A stretch of DNA of 64,000 bases, taken from positions 25,132 to 89,131 of IMG/VR virus record IMGVR_UViG_3300044825_002891, one strand, 5' to 3'. Positions 48,675 through 57,702 of the stretch are shown here, piece by piece. The notes under the pieces were generated by a model, which saw nothing but the letters and a program-made list of their open reading frames with translations, searched no databases and was not told where the DNA came from. This DNA is from a virus. Numbering within the stretch: position 1 is the stretch's first letter; every line of letters begins with the position of its first letter. The translations under genes were made by a program, and so were the position numbers.

Positions 48675-49952
48675 CTAGACGCCCGCCAGCGCGTACTCGT
48701 CCTTGAGGATCGCGAACGCCTTGTTCTTGAGCGGGCTGTCCTCCACGCTGCGCAGCAGGGCCTTCTCGGCCTTGCGCTCGCCGCGCTGCGGGGCCTGCCA
48801 GTCCGCGTAGTCCGCCACGGCGTTGTACGCGCCCCAGACGGTCCCGCGGATGTTCGCGAGGTCGTCGTCGTGCTTGTACGTGTGCGCGATCAGCTCGCGC
48901 GTCTCCGTGGCGATCGTGAGCGACCGCTTGTACCCGCGGTCGTCCGTCTGCCCGTCCTTGGGCGTGGGCAGGGGCACCAGCGTCTTGACGAACCGCTCGA
49001 ACGCGGCGTCGTCGATGCGCGTGGTGATCATGGCGTTGGCCATGTCCTCCCACAGGTCCATGTAGCCCACGGTCAGCTGGAGCGTGCGCCGCGCGTCGTC
49101 CAGGTGCATCTTGACGTTGCGGCGGTGCTGCACCTTCCACTGGCGCAGGCAGCCCTCCAGCGGGATCGTCATGCCGTTCGTGCAGGCGAGGCGGAACGGG
49201 GCGACCGTGATGGTCACGGACAGGCCGCCGTCCCAGCCGTTGGACAGGAAGCCCAGCGGGATGCACTTCTCGTCCTCGTCCCCGCCCACGACGATCTCGC
49301 GCGAGAACTGCGCGAGCCCGTAGATGCGGCGGCCGCCGTCGATCTCACCCGCGCCCAGCCACTTGGCGGACCCGTCGTCCACGAGGTCGTCCATGAACGT
49401 GAACGCCTCCCAGTTCTGCGGGCCGCGCCAGTTCTTGCCGACGACGCCCAGCACCTCGCCGTTGTCGCCGCGCACGTTCGCGACGAAGCGCGAGGCGCGC
49501 AGGGTGTCCGGGTCGCTGCTGGCGTCCGGGTTGACCTCGCCCTTGTCGTCCATGCCGACGAGGTGCGCGTACACGGGGTACTGCGTGACCGTCCAGTCCA
49601 GACCCGCGATCTGCATGGCCTCGGCCGTGGTCCTCACGTTGCCCGGGATCACCTTGCCGGTGTCCCAGCCCCGGATCTTCTTGCCCTTGAGCATGCGCAG
49701 GGACGCGGGGCTGTGCACGCCGCCGCCGCGGCCCACGTCCTCCGCGCTGGCGTCGCGCATCCAGAGGTAGATGCCCCCGCCGGGGGAGTGCTGCTCCCAG
49801 TCGATGCCCTTGTGATCCAGCGCGAAGCCGGACGTGGGCGGCACGGGGGGCTCCTCCGGCTTGGGGTCGTGCGCCGGGGGCTCCTCGGTCGGCTGCCACG
49901 CGTGGGTGGTGCCGGTGTTGAGGTTGATGATGGGCGGGAAGTTCTCGTTCAT
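48675..49952 (-). CDS. DUF932 (phage/plasmid-like) protein with N-terminal extension
   Basis: AGLDWTV, LGVVG...QN.EAF, GGRR, N..DG, RLACTN and GTVWGAYNAV..Y.D motifs. Confidence 0.85.
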   Translation of the reverse strand: MNENFPPIINLNTGTTHAWQPTEEPPAHDPKPEEPPVPPTSGFALDHKGIDWEQHSPGGGIYLWMRDASAEDVGRGGGVHSPASLRMLKGKKIRGWDTGKVIPGNVRTTAEAMQIAGLDWTVTQYPVYAHLVGMDDKGEVNPDASSDPDTLRASRFVANVRGDNGEVLGVVGKNWRGPQNWEAFTFMDDLVDDGSAKWLGAGEIDGGRRIYGLAQFSREIVVGGDEDEKCIPLGFLSNGWDGGLSVTITVAPFRLACTNGMTIPLEGCLRQWKVQHRRNVKMHLDDARRTLQLTVGYMDLWEDMANAMITTRIDDAAFERFVKTLVPLPTPKDGQTDDRGYKRSLTIATETRELIAHTYKHDDDLANIRGTVWGAYNAVADYADWQAPQRGERKAEKALLRSVEDSPLKNKAFAILKDEYALAGV

Positions 49953-50011
49953 GATGGTCTGTCTCCTTGTTTGAGACGGTTGGTGGGCTTACTTAGCCCT
50001 GTGGATTGGGG

Positions 50012-50040
50012 ACTCTAGGCGGGGCCGATCCCGATGTCAA
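50012..50040 (-). promoter_or_regulatory. Sigma70-type promoter with an inverted repeat around the -35
   Basis: TTGACA-N17-TAGAGT; TCCCGAT-N5-ATCGGGA palindrome spans the -35. Confidence 0.75.
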
Positions 50041-50079
50041 ATCGGGACCGGCGATCCCGCAGCTAGAGCCAAATGCTGG

Positions 50080-50340
50080 CTAGAACCAGCGGGGGGTGGG
50101 GGTCTTCGGGGAGCGGGGCTTCAGGTGCGCCTCGCCCCAGTGCGCCTTGAGCGTGTCCTGCACCTCGTCGCGCAGGCGCTGGCCGTACTGCCTGTACTCG
50201 TCCGACAGGTGGTAGTTGTTGTCCATGTAGACGCGGCTCTCGCCCGGGAGCGGGTTGCCCACTCGGGCGTTCCCGCGCACGACGCGCATGAGCAGGTTGG
50301 CGCGCTTCTTGCGCGCCTTGCGTGCGGTCTGCTTGGCCAT
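50080..50340 (-). CDS. Basic hypothetical protein
   Basis: SD AAGGAGG; MAKQTARKARKKR. Confidence 0.6.
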   Translation of the reverse strand: MAKQTARKARKKRANLLMRVVRGNARVGNPLPGESRVYMDNNYHLSDEYRQYGQRLRDEVQDTLKAHWGEAHLKPRSPKTPTPRWF

Positions 50341-50342
50341 GA

Positions 50343-50558
50343 TCAGTCCTCCTTGTCCCACCACATCATGATGGGCGTTGCGTTGCGGGGCGGGCTGTAC
50401 TCGAACCTGATCGCCCACTCACGGGCGATGTCCTTGGCCTGCTCCTTGGTGTCGGCCCAGATGCGCTTCTGCACACCGTTGGCCCAGGTGCACGTGTACG
50501 AGCGCTTGCCGCGCCCGTTCAGTGCGTTGCTGATCTGTGTGTCAGTGATCAGACTCAT
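50343..50558 (-). CDS. Hypothetical protein
   Basis: SD GGAGGAG; MSLITDTQ. Confidence 0.6.
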   Translation of the reverse strand: MSLITDTQISNALNGRGKRSYTCTWANGVQKRIWADTKEQAKDIAREWAIRFEYSPPRNATPIMMWWDKED

Positions 50559-50613
50559 GTGACTCCTCCGTGAAGTTTTGATTGCAGTGTGCTTGCTGTG
50601 CTCACACATGGGC

Positions 50614-51183
50614 CTAGACGAGGCCCATGGCATGAGCCTCAGTTACCAGATCTCGGCGCTTCTTCGCACCCAGCTTCTTGTGCACCATCGAACGATGAGA
50701 CTCTACAGTCCTTACAGACAGGTGCATCTCACTGGCAACCTCGGCGTTTTCCAGACCAAGCGCAATGAATCTCAGAACCTGTCTTTCCCTGCTGGACAGG
50801 CTCAGCGGCCCAGTTTCCTCAATCATGTCGATCGCCAGTCGCGGACAGATGTAGCGATCCCCACGCAATGCGTGCTGGATAGCCTCCTCAAGGACCAGCG
50901 GTGTGCTGTGGCCGTAGACGTACGACAGCACTCCCATGCCCGCGCTGTCTGTGATTCTGTTGGCATCAGAGCCCGGCAGGATTGCGACGATGGGGGTTTT
51001 GTCCCCAAGGTCGTTGAGCTCGTCTTGCATGGACATGTGGGTGTCCAGTTCGATCACAATCACCTCAGCTGAGCCATTCAGGTCCACCATGTGGTGATTG
51101 CCAATGTCTGCAATGAGCATGCTCAGTGCCGCCTTGCTCAGGGTAGTGTGGCCTACTACCGCCACCCGCATCTGTCTGTCCAT
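50614..51183 (-). CDS. NarL/LuxR-family response regulator with degenerate receiver domain
   Basis: LSSRERQVLRFIALGLENAEVASEMHLSVRTVESHR LuxR HTH; receiver-like N-terminus. Confidence 0.85.
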   Translation of the reverse strand: MDRQMRVAVVGHTTLSKAALSMLIADIGNHHMVDLNGSAEVIVIELDTHMSMQDELNDLGDKTPIVAILPGSDANRITDSAGMGVLSYVYGHSTPLVLEEAIQHALRGDRYICPRLAIDMIEETGPLSLSSRERQVLRFIALGLENAEVASEMHLSVRTVESHRSMVHKKLGAKKRRDLVTEAHAMGLV

Positions 51184-51185
51184 GA

Positions 51186-51548
51186 TCAGATCCCACCTTC
51201 CGGCCACAGAGCGTTCTGCATGCTGTCCAGCATGGGGCCCACGAAGTGCGCCCACACGGACTCCATGCCGCTGACGCCCGCCCATTCGTCCAGACGCACG
51301 GCCACGTTCATGTAGTCCACGCCCGTGCGATCGGACAGGATGCCAACCGCGCGGCGCAGGATGGGGTCATCCAGCACACCGCCCTCGGCGTACAGGGATG
51401 CCTCGCGCTCGGTGGCTTGCCGCACGTGCAGGCCGCCCTCGTTCTGCGGATCGCTGTCGGCCTTGTAGTTGACGCAATCGTCCTCGTAGTCAGACCAGAA
51501 CACGGGCTGCTTGAGGTACGGGTCCCACACGAAGTATGTCTCGCTCAC
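51186..51548 (-). CDS. Acidic hypothetical protein
   Basis: SD GAGGAGG; GTG 51548. Confidence 0.6.
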   Translation of the reverse strand: MSETYFVWDPYLKQPVFWSDYEDDCVNYKADSDPQNEGGLHVRQATEREASLYAEGGVLDDPILRRAVGILSDRTGVDYMNVAVRLDEWAGVSGMESVWAHFVGPMLDSMQNALWPEGGI

Positions 51549-52033
51549 GATGCCTCCTCGGCATGTTGTGTGTCCTGCACGAACAGGATCTCGTCCCAGT
51601 CCTCCTGTTGGATGTCCGGCAGGGATGCCATGAACAGCTCCGTCTGATGCGCAAGCATCTTGCGCACTTTCGCGAGCTGATCCGGGCCTTTGGGCTTGAT
51701 GCGCTTCATGCACCGCTTGGGTCCAGTGCACAGGACGTGCAGCACGAAGCGATCGATGCCAGCATCTCTGGCCATGGACATGATCTCGCGCCTCGCAGAT
51801 GTCTGCGTGTTGTTGGCGTCGATGATGATGTCCTCATCAGCCTTGATGCTTTCCAGCATGTCCTTGTACGCGCGCTGCCACTGACCTGGGCCCATGCGCG
51901 GCCCGTCGGCAACGTCCTCTGCGTACTTGGACAGTTCGATCAGGTACGCATCTTCGGGCAGGTTGTCATGCTCCTCTGCGTACGTTGTCTTGCCAGCCGA
52001 TGGCAGGCCCATGATCATGTGGAGCTCTGCCAT
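51545..52033 (-). CDS. P-loop kinase (AAA_33 / polynucleotide kinase-like)
   Basis: GLPSAGKTT, IIIDANN and C..R motifs. Confidence 0.75.
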   Translation of the reverse strand: MAELHMIMGLPSAGKTTYAEEHDNLPEDAYLIELSKYAEDVADGPRMGPGQWQRAYKDMLESIKADEDIIIDANNTQTSARREIMSMARDAGIDRFVLHVLCTGPKRCMKRIKPKGPDQLAKVRKMLAHQTELFMASLPDIQQEDWDEILFVQDTQHAEEAS

Positions 52034-52284
52034 CAGCGCATGTCCTCGGGCTCGCATGCGATCCCGTTGTCGTTTGCATCGATGTCCGTCCTGTCATCGT
52101 CACCGATGTAGAACGGCATGCCATCACTGACGTACTCGCACCTGTCGTGCACGATGTCAGCGGGCGGCTTGACGTTGAGGTCGGGCTTTGTGGTGAACTT
52201 GCCCCACAGCCAGATGACTGCGAAGACGATGCCAACCACAAGCGCCGTGCGCTCAAGGGCCTTGCCGAAGCCGATGTTACTCAT
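52033..52284 (-). CDS. Membrane protein with Excalibur-like Ca-binding motif
   Basis: TM ALVVGIVFAVIWLW; C-terminal DANDNGIACE. Confidence 0.6.
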   Translation of the reverse strand: MSNIGFGKALERTALVVGIVFAVIWLWGKFTTKPDLNVKPPADIVHDRCEYVSDGMPFYIGDDDRTDIDANDNGIACEPEDMR

Positions 52285-52561
52285 CGGGCTCACCCCTGTA
52301 CATCAGCTCCACGCACCCGTCAGCGCTGTCGTGAACGACAGTCCTGTCCCAGTCCTCGTTGGGATTGTGCAGGGGCACGTAGATGCCATGCTCATCATGG
52401 CCGTGGTAGTCCATGCAGGCGAGGTGGCCTTCGGAGTCCACCCACATGTCTGTGCCGTCATCCGCAGGCCCGTTCGTGTAGGGCTGGATGTGGGCATTGC
52501 AGCGGTTGCACCTGACCATGGACTTGGATGCAGCGATGCTTGCCTGTGCGGTCACAGCCAT
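52277..52561 (-). CDS. Cys/His-containing hypothetical protein
   Basis: CNRC...W...C...H.P; TGATG coupling. Confidence 0.55.
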   Translation of the reverse strand: MAVTAQASIAASKSMVRCNRCNAHIQPYTNGPADDGTDMWVDSEGHLACMDYHGHDEHGIYVPLHNPNEDWDRTVVHDSADGCVELMYRGEPDE

Positions 52562-52884
52562 CAGTCGTCCTCCTCCTCGCTGTCCCACTCCACGTACGAG
52601 TCGTCCTCGTCCGTGTCCTCGGTGAACACGATCTCCACGGACACGATGCGCGTCCCGTCGAACGTGCCGTACACGGGGAACCGCCCGTCGCCCACGCCGG
52701 TCTCCGTGGACACGGCGAGGCCACCCAAGTCGGGCCCACACGAGCGCTTGTCGCCACAGGTCACGTCGATCGTGTCCCCGTAGTGCTTCTCCGTGTACGC
52801 ATCCCCGATCACGTAGCACGGATCCACGAGCATGATCTGGCCGCTGTCCACGGCGCAGTGTCCGATCAGTCTGGAGTCAGACAT
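52561..52884 (-). CDS. DUF4241-like protein
   Basis: VDSGQIMLVDPCY and TGVGDGRFPVY motifs. Confidence 0.65.
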   Translation of the reverse strand: MSDSRLIGHCAVDSGQIMLVDPCYVIGDAYTEKHYGDTIDVTCGDKRSCGPDLGGLAVSTETGVGDGRFPVYGTFDGTRIVSVEIVFTEDTDEDDSYVEWDSEEEDD

Positions 52885-52887
52885 CTT

Positions 52888-53325
52888 TCAGCCCTCCTTG
52901 GGCGTGTTGTTGTTCGCAAGCATGTCCTGCTTGCGCCACCCGACCACGTACACGTAGCCGCCGCGGGGCCATCCGACGAGGATGCCGTAGTCGTCCTCGT
53001 ACAGGATGTGCTGCTTGGTGTCGTTGTGGGGCATGCTGATCCACGTGCGGATCGTGTCGCCCGTGAGGCTGTCCACGTGCGTCTCAGCGTAGCCGCCAGC
53101 AAGCTTGAGAGCCCGGTTGGCAGCGTGGATCAGGGCGTTGCCCCTGTCGTCGCCACGCTGGAGCCAGTGGATGAACTCCTGCCTGCCCTCGCATCCGTCG
53201 TCACCGACGACCTCCTGCCTGTCCCACACGATGTCGCAGGGCCAGATCCACCGGCCCGTGTAGTGGAACTCAGCAGCCTCAGGCGCCTTGGCGATGCCCG
53301 CCGTGGGTTCGTAGGTGATGGTCAT
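52888..53325 (-). CDS. Hypothetical protein
   Basis: SD GAGGAGGG; GC3-biased. Confidence 0.65.
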   Translation of the reverse strand: MTITYEPTAGIAKAPEAAEFHYTGRWIWPCDIVWDRQEVVGDDGCEGRQEFIHWLQRGDDRGNALIHAANRALKLAGGYAETHVDSLTGDTIRTWISMPHNDTKQHILYEDDYGILVGWPRGGYVYVVGWRKQDMLANNNTPKEG

Positions 53326-53328
53326 GTG

Positions 53329-53676
53329 TCAGCCCTCCTCAGGCATGTTGTGCGGGTTGTTCCACCCGCGCTTGTTGGCGCACTCGTCACAGACGGGCAC
53401 ACCCTGGCACTGCGGGTAGTCGCTGCGCCAGTCGTCCAGCACGGCATCGCCGCACAGGTCGCACTCGACGGCGAGGCAGTCCGCGCAGATGTAGCCCATC
53501 AGCACGTGCTTGCCGTCACCGCTGTCGGCATCGGAGGGCACACGGTTCACGTACTTGCCCGTGCCCCACGACACATCACACCCGCAGTGGGTGCAATGCT
53601 CTCCGATGTCGATGACCCCGTTGGAGCGCAGGGTGCCAGACACCCGGACGCCCTCCTGTGTGGTCGTTGTGGCCAT
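53329..53676 (-). CDS. Zinc-finger protein (four CxxC pairs)
   Basis: CTHC, CADC, CDLC and CDEC; VNRVP motif. Confidence 0.65.
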   Translation of the reverse strand: MATTTTQEGVRVSGTLRSNGVIDIGEHCTHCGCDVSWGTGKYVNRVPSDADSGDGKHVLMGYICADCLAVECDLCGDAVLDDWRSDYPQCQGVPVCDECANKRGWNNPHNMPEEG

Positions 53677-53879
53677 CAGTCCTCCCTCTCCATCATTGCC
53701 GTGACCTCGTTGATCACGGACAGCAGTTGCCTGCGGTGCCAGCGCATGGTGTCCCACGACTTGGTGAGCACGCACAGGACATCCGCGGGCAGCCCGGGGT
53801 GATCCAAGCCCAGCTGTGTGAGCCTGTCCACGAGGTTGTCGTACTTGTCGTCGTCGCTGAGCGTGTGCCATTCGGCCAT
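53676..53879 (-). CDS. Hypothetical protein
   Basis: Coupled ORF with SD. Confidence 0.6.
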   Translation of the reverse strand: MAEWHTLSDDDKYDNLVDRLTQLGLDHPGLPADVLCVLTKSWDTMRWHRRQLLSVINEVTAMMERED

Positions 53880-53880
53880 G

Positions 53881-54087
53881 TCAGTTGTCCTCCTCGTCCG
53901 TGTAGTCGTCTGCGTCGTCCGTGGGCTTGTCCCACGACGTGGGTTCTGCGCCCTTGTCCAGCGCGCACTGCGTCACGCCGTCCTCGCCCCACAGGAAGCA
54001 GATGCCCTCTGCGGTGTGTCGGAGCATCTCTGCGATCACATCGTCGTCCTTGCGGACTACGACTGTGTACGTCACGTGCTCGCTCAC
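53881..54087 (-). CDS. Acidic hypothetical protein
   Basis: SD GGAGGTG; GTG 54087. Confidence 0.55.
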   Translation of the reverse strand: MSEHVTYTVVVRKDDDVIAEMLRHTAEGICFLWGEDGVTQCALDKGAEPTSWDKPTDDADDYTDEEDN

Positions 54088-54088
54088 A

Positions 54089-54835
54089 TCACACCTCCAC
54101 GTGCTCGCCCGTCGCGCTGTACACGAACGGGGTCTTGACCATGGCCCGCAGGCGGGCGTTGGACACAGCCTTGGCCCGCAGGCCCACGACGTGGGCAGCG
54201 GGGTCAAGGAACCGCAGGTCGGACGCATCGCCGTCCACGACAGGGAACCCGTGGAACATGCGCGGCAGCGCCTCGCCCTTGAGCGTGTCGAAGACCACAG
54301 CGATGTTGTGGCCCATGGACAGCGCGTCCATGCACGCCTCCATGTTGAACCCGGACGCGCTGTAGGTCAGGTGATACCTGTCCGTGCTGACGCGCTCCGT
54401 GACGGGGTACTTGGTGTAGTCGTAGAACACCACGTCGTCCGCGAAGGCGTCGATCACAGTGGTCTTGACCCCATCGATCAGCATGGGCGTGCGCTCCCAC
54501 GGGATGTCGCTGAAGGTGTTCAGGCGCACGCAGGGCACGAGCCCCTCGCGCTCGCACTTGCGGATGTGCGCGAACAGGTCCTTCGCAAGCAGCGCAGCGA
54601 AGGTGTCCCTGTCGTCGAAGAACAGGTTGGTCCTGCGGATGCGCGCCGCCACGGTCGCGGGCATGCTGCCGTGACCCGTGTGTGCAACGCAGGGGTCAGA
54701 GCACCACTCGTTGTGGTGCTTGCACACGTTGCGCCCGGACATGCGTGCCGGGGCGAGCATGAGGCTCGTGATGAGGTACTTGGTCTTGCCGTTGGTCTTG
54801 GCCAACTTGGCGTTCGATGTGGACAGGAGTGTCAT
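54089..54835 (-). CDS. GP88-family protein (radical-SAM-like Cys motif)
   Basis: NAKL.K, C......C...C, RLN..SD, FYDYTK, YHLTYS and GD.SDLRFLD motifs. Confidence 0.8.
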   Translation of the reverse strand: MTLLSTSNAKLAKTNGKTKYLITSLMLAPARMSGRNVCKHHNEWCSDPCVAHTGHGSMPATVAARIRRTNLFFDDRDTFAALLAKDLFAHIRKCEREGLVPCVRLNTFSDIPWERTPMLIDGVKTTVIDAFADDVVFYDYTKYPVTERVSTDRYHLTYSASGFNMEACMDALSMGHNIAVVFDTLKGEALPRMFHGFPVVDGDASDLRFLDPAAHVVGLRAKAVSNARLRAMVKTPFVYSATGEHVEV

Positions 54836-54944
54836 GTGAGTGCCCTCCTTGGGCTAGTTGATGTGCGGTCATCCGCACGTTTCCCACAGGAGACCCGCCA
54901 CCGACCTGTGTCGGTGACGGGACCATCCTGAGGGGAGAGCCACC

Positions 54945-54974
54945 ACCGTAGCAGATGCCACGGGGACCCCGCAA
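54945..54974 (-). promoter_or_regulatory. Sigma70-type promoter with a structured leader
   Basis: TTGCGG-N18-TACGGT with TGn extension; 12-bp stem CCCGTCACCGAC/GTCGGTGGCGGG in the leader. Confidence 0.55.
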
Positions 54975-54982
54975 CTTTGGCT

Positions 54983-55420
54983 CTACTGCGGGGCTTTCGG
55001 CGTGGGCTGCCGGACACCGTAGGCGATGGGGAGCACCTGCTCGGCCGCGCTCGCGGCGCTGTCGTCGATGTCCGCCTCCCACATGCCCAGCGCGGGCTCG
55101 CCCTTGCGCACCTCGGCGTACTTGAGCCTGTGCATGGACATGGGCCCGTCGGCCAGCCTGCACACGTGCGCCCGGATCAGGTCCGCGCCCGTGACCTCGT
55201 GCGCCCACAGCACGGGGTACTCGCTGTTGGGGCAGTCGTTGGGCATCCAGCACTCGTCCACGAAGGACACCATCTCCTTGTCCCCCGCGGTCTCTGCGTC
55301 CGCGCCGATGATGCCCAGCAGGCGCCGCAGTTCCTCGACAGCCTCCTCGTGCGTGTCCCCGGGGATCACGCATGCGAGCATGACCGTCTGAAAGATCTTG
55401 GGCTTGTCCGTGTTGTCCAT
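54983..55420 (-). CDS. Hypothetical protein
   Basis: TGATG-coupled; SD GGAGG. Confidence 0.6.
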   Translation of the reverse strand: MDNTDKPKIFQTVMLACVIPGDTHEEAVEELRRLLGIIGADAETAGDKEMVSFVDECWMPNDCPNSEYPVLWAHEVTGADLIRAHVCRLADGPMSMHRLKYAEVRKGEPALGMWEADIDDSAASAAEQVLPIAYGVRQPTPKAPQ

Positions 55421-55683
55421 CACATGTCCTCCATGTCGATGTTGGCCTGTGCGATCGCATCCCACACGATCTGATTGATGAGACTGCCGATGAACTCGTC
55501 GTCATCACCCTTGCGCCATGCGACTGTCGTGCGCACGGCTTCCCACTCGTCGTCTGTGATCTGACGACCCACAGCGTCGGACACGTCCTCGCGTCCGCGC
55601 ACGAACATGAGCAGATTGTGCTTCTGCTGTGTCTTCACAGCCTCAGCGATCCACTCGGGCATGCTGTCTTCGACCGCGCTCAT
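55420..55683 (-). CDS. Hypothetical protein
   Basis: ITDDEW motif; coupled. Confidence 0.6.
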   Translation of the reverse strand: MSAVEDSMPEWIAEAVKTQQKHNLLMFVRGREDVSDAVGRQITDDEWEAVRTTVAWRKGDDDEFIGSLINQIVWDAIAQANIDMEDM

Positions 55684-55684
55684 G

Positions 55685-55885
55685 TCACACCCCCTGCGTG
55701 CAGCCGATGGCCGCCCTGTCGTACTCACACGCGAATCGCTCCGCGTCGCACCACGCGGACTCGCCGCGGAACACGCGCGCCCTCTTGCGCCCTGCGTCGG
55801 AGCACACGGTGACCCTGTAGGTCTCCCATGCGCTCGTGTCTTGACGCACGATCACACGATCGGACTCGTAGATTGTCTTGAGCAC
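55685..55885 (-). CDS. Hypothetical protein
   Basis: F.GESAW.DAER.A motif; SD GAGGAGG. Confidence 0.6.
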   Translation of the reverse strand: MLKTIYESDRVIVRQDTSAWETYRVTVCSDAGRKRARVFRGESAWCDAERFACEYDRAAIGCTQGV

Positions 55886-55886
55886 G

Positions 55887-56237
55887 TCACACCTCCTCGG
55901 TGTCGTTGATGCCTATCGTGGACAGGGCGTTGGACACCCAGTCCTTGTGCAGGGACGTGGAGTCCCCGTCGTCGTCCAGCGGGCCCATGACGATCATGTT
56001 GCCCGCGATCCAGTCGTCCGGGTAGATGGCTCCGTCCGCGTGTGCGATCTGTGATGCCACCACGTTGCGGGACAGGCCCTTGAGCTTGCCCTCTTCGTTG
56101 ACGTACGCGGTGACACCTTCGATCGGCACACCCTCAAGCCAGCCCCCGACGATGGCCACAAGGTCATCGTACGTGGGCTGTGCCTGGACGGTGTGCTCCT
56201 GCACACCTTCGGGGGTGATGATTGCGTAGCGGAACAC
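55887..56237 (-). CDS. DUF3846-family protein
   Basis: L..IVGGWLE, YVNEEGKL.GL..N..A and D.IAG motifs. Confidence 0.8.
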   Translation of the reverse strand: MFRYAIITPEGVQEHTVQAQPTYDDLVAIVGGWLEGVPIEGVTAYVNEEGKLKGLSRNVVASQIAHADGAIYPDDWIAGNMIVMGPLDDDGDSTSLHKDWVSNALSTIGINDTEEV

Positions 56238-56238
56238 C

Positions 56239-56712
56239 TCAGACCTCCTGTGGGCTGTTGATGGACGACAGTTCGGACAGGGTGGGCCCCACGTCGTCCA
56301 CGTGGGACCATCGCTCCCCGATGTCCTCGGAGATGCGGGACTTGGACAGGGCCTCGTGCATGGCCAGCCCGATGTTCGTGCAGTGCTTGTGCACCCACTC
56401 CCACGGGTGCTCGCAGCCGTCCGCGATCGTCATGTCCCACAGGGCCTTCGTGCCCGGGTCCATGGGCTCCGTGTAGTCGCCCACGACGATGATGCGATCG
56501 CCCGCCCAGCGCCCGGCCACCTTGAGCATGGCCTCGTCGGACAGGTCCACGTCGCCGCCGCCGCGCATGTGGGAGCAGGACAGGAGGACGAACAGGGACG
56601 CGGGCATGCCCGTGTTCCAGATGTTCTCCACCATCTTCATGCCTGCGCCCACGTCCCACGGACGCACGTACTCGCGCTTGTCGATGTTGACAGGGATGTG
56701 GTACTGGCCCAT
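56239..56712 (-). CDS. Conserved hypothetical protein
   Basis: MGQYH..VN.DKRE, G.K..E and GRWAGDRI.VVGDY motifs. Confidence 0.7.
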   Translation of the reverse strand: MGQYHIPVNIDKREYVRPWDVGAGMKMVENIWNTGMPASLFVLLSCSHMRGGGDVDLSDEAMLKVAGRWAGDRIIVVGDYTEPMDPGTKALWDMTIADGCEHPWEWVHKHCTNIGLAMHEALSKSRISEDIGERWSHVDDVGPTLSELSSINSPQEV

Positions 56713-56713
56713 G

Positions 56714-56956
56714 TCAGATCACCTCCTCGGTGTTGTTGATGCGACCGCACCCGCCGCACTCTTTGTACGGGGTCTGAATCTCCCACACACCGAAGTCAAT
56801 CGGGTTGTCCTCGTGTGTGGAGCACTCGGGTGGCAGGTACGCGCGCAGTTGCTGGCAGTCGTTCAGCGCGCCGTCGTGACTCTCGTACGGGCCAAGCACA
56901 GCCTGCACAGAGTCATCACCCCTCTGGCGATTGTCGGTCTTGATGATGACCCACAT
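56714..56956 (-). CDS. Hypothetical protein
   Basis: V.GPY motif; C-terminal CGGC. Confidence 0.6.
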   Translation of the reverse strand: MWVIIKTDNRQRGDDSVQAVLGPYESHDGALNDCQQLRAYLPPECSTHEDNPIDFGVWEIQTPYKECGGCGRINNTEEVI

Positions 56957-56958
56957 GA

Positions 56959-57267
56959 TCAGACTTCCACCTTCTCCACGCAGGACAGGGGCACCGTGAC
57001 GATGCCGCTGAAGCGCCCCTGTGCCTGACCCTCCGCGGGCCTGACGGCCACGCGGGACCGCTTGACCTCCACCACGATGCCGCGCTTGCCGTTGATGTAC
57101 GCGGGGCGCAGGCCCGACAGGCGCACGCTGTCGCCCGTGTTCAGCGATGCTTTCGTGATGCTCGCGCGCACGTCCCTGAGGACGCTCTGGCGATGGCGCA
57201 CGGCGTCAGCGATCGTGTCCAGATCGCTGTCGTACGTGCCGTTCATGATGAGCGTGCTGATGTCCAT
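56959..57267 (-). CDS. SH3/KOW-like hypothetical protein
   Basis: GDSVRL...RP.YING..G.V motif. Confidence 0.65.
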   Translation of the reverse strand: MDISTLIMNGTYDSDLDTIADAVRHRQSVLRDVRASITKASLNTGDSVRLSGLRPAYINGKRGIVVEVKRSRVAVRPAEGQAQGRFSGIVTVPLSCVEKVEV

Positions 57268-57303
57268 GTTCTTACCTCTCTGTCGCTTCTGTGCGACGGT
57301 TGC

Positions 57304-57702
57304 TTACTTGCTGAGCTTGTGCGCACCTGCGCACATCCACTTGCGCGGAATGACGTGGGCGACCAACAGGGCCGTCACGTCATCCGCAGCGAACAGGTCC
57401 CGCATGCACACGGAACCCTGCCACCAGTCGTCCCACGTGGGGATCAGACCGAAGTCCTCGTACATGTGCTGCTCACCGATGAGCCGCACAGACACGCGCT
57501 TGCCGTCGCTGTTGGTCAACGTGCGACCGAACAGGCTCACGGCCATGTCGATGCCCTCCGCGTGATGACGACAGGCGCGGTGTCGGAAGTCCGACAGCCA
57601 CACCTTCGTGATGTCGAAGAAGTCATGGACAAGGAAGTAGTCCTCCCATGTGCCTCCGAACATGCGCGCGGAGGACAGGGCGTGATCGTCAGGGCTGGCC
57701 AT
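57304..57702 (-). CDS. DUF6915-like protein
   Basis: HA.SSAR.FGG..EDY..H..FD.TK, RHRA.RHH..GI and EQH..ED.G.IP motifs. Confidence 0.8.
   Translation of the reverse strand: MASPDDHALSSARMFGGTWEDYFLVHDFFDITKVWLSDFRHRACRHHAEGIDMAVSLFGRTLTNSDGKRVSVRLIGEQHMYEDFGLIPTWDDWWQGSVCMRDLFAADDVTALLVAHVIPRKWMCAGAHKLSK

Noticed and set aside
48534-50018. Long opposite-strand ORFs (494 aa here; also 52528-53802, 6633-7832, 3959-4897, 53921-54931)
   Set aside because: Shadow frames of GC3-biased real genes; no SD or motifs, and they conflict with well-supported genes
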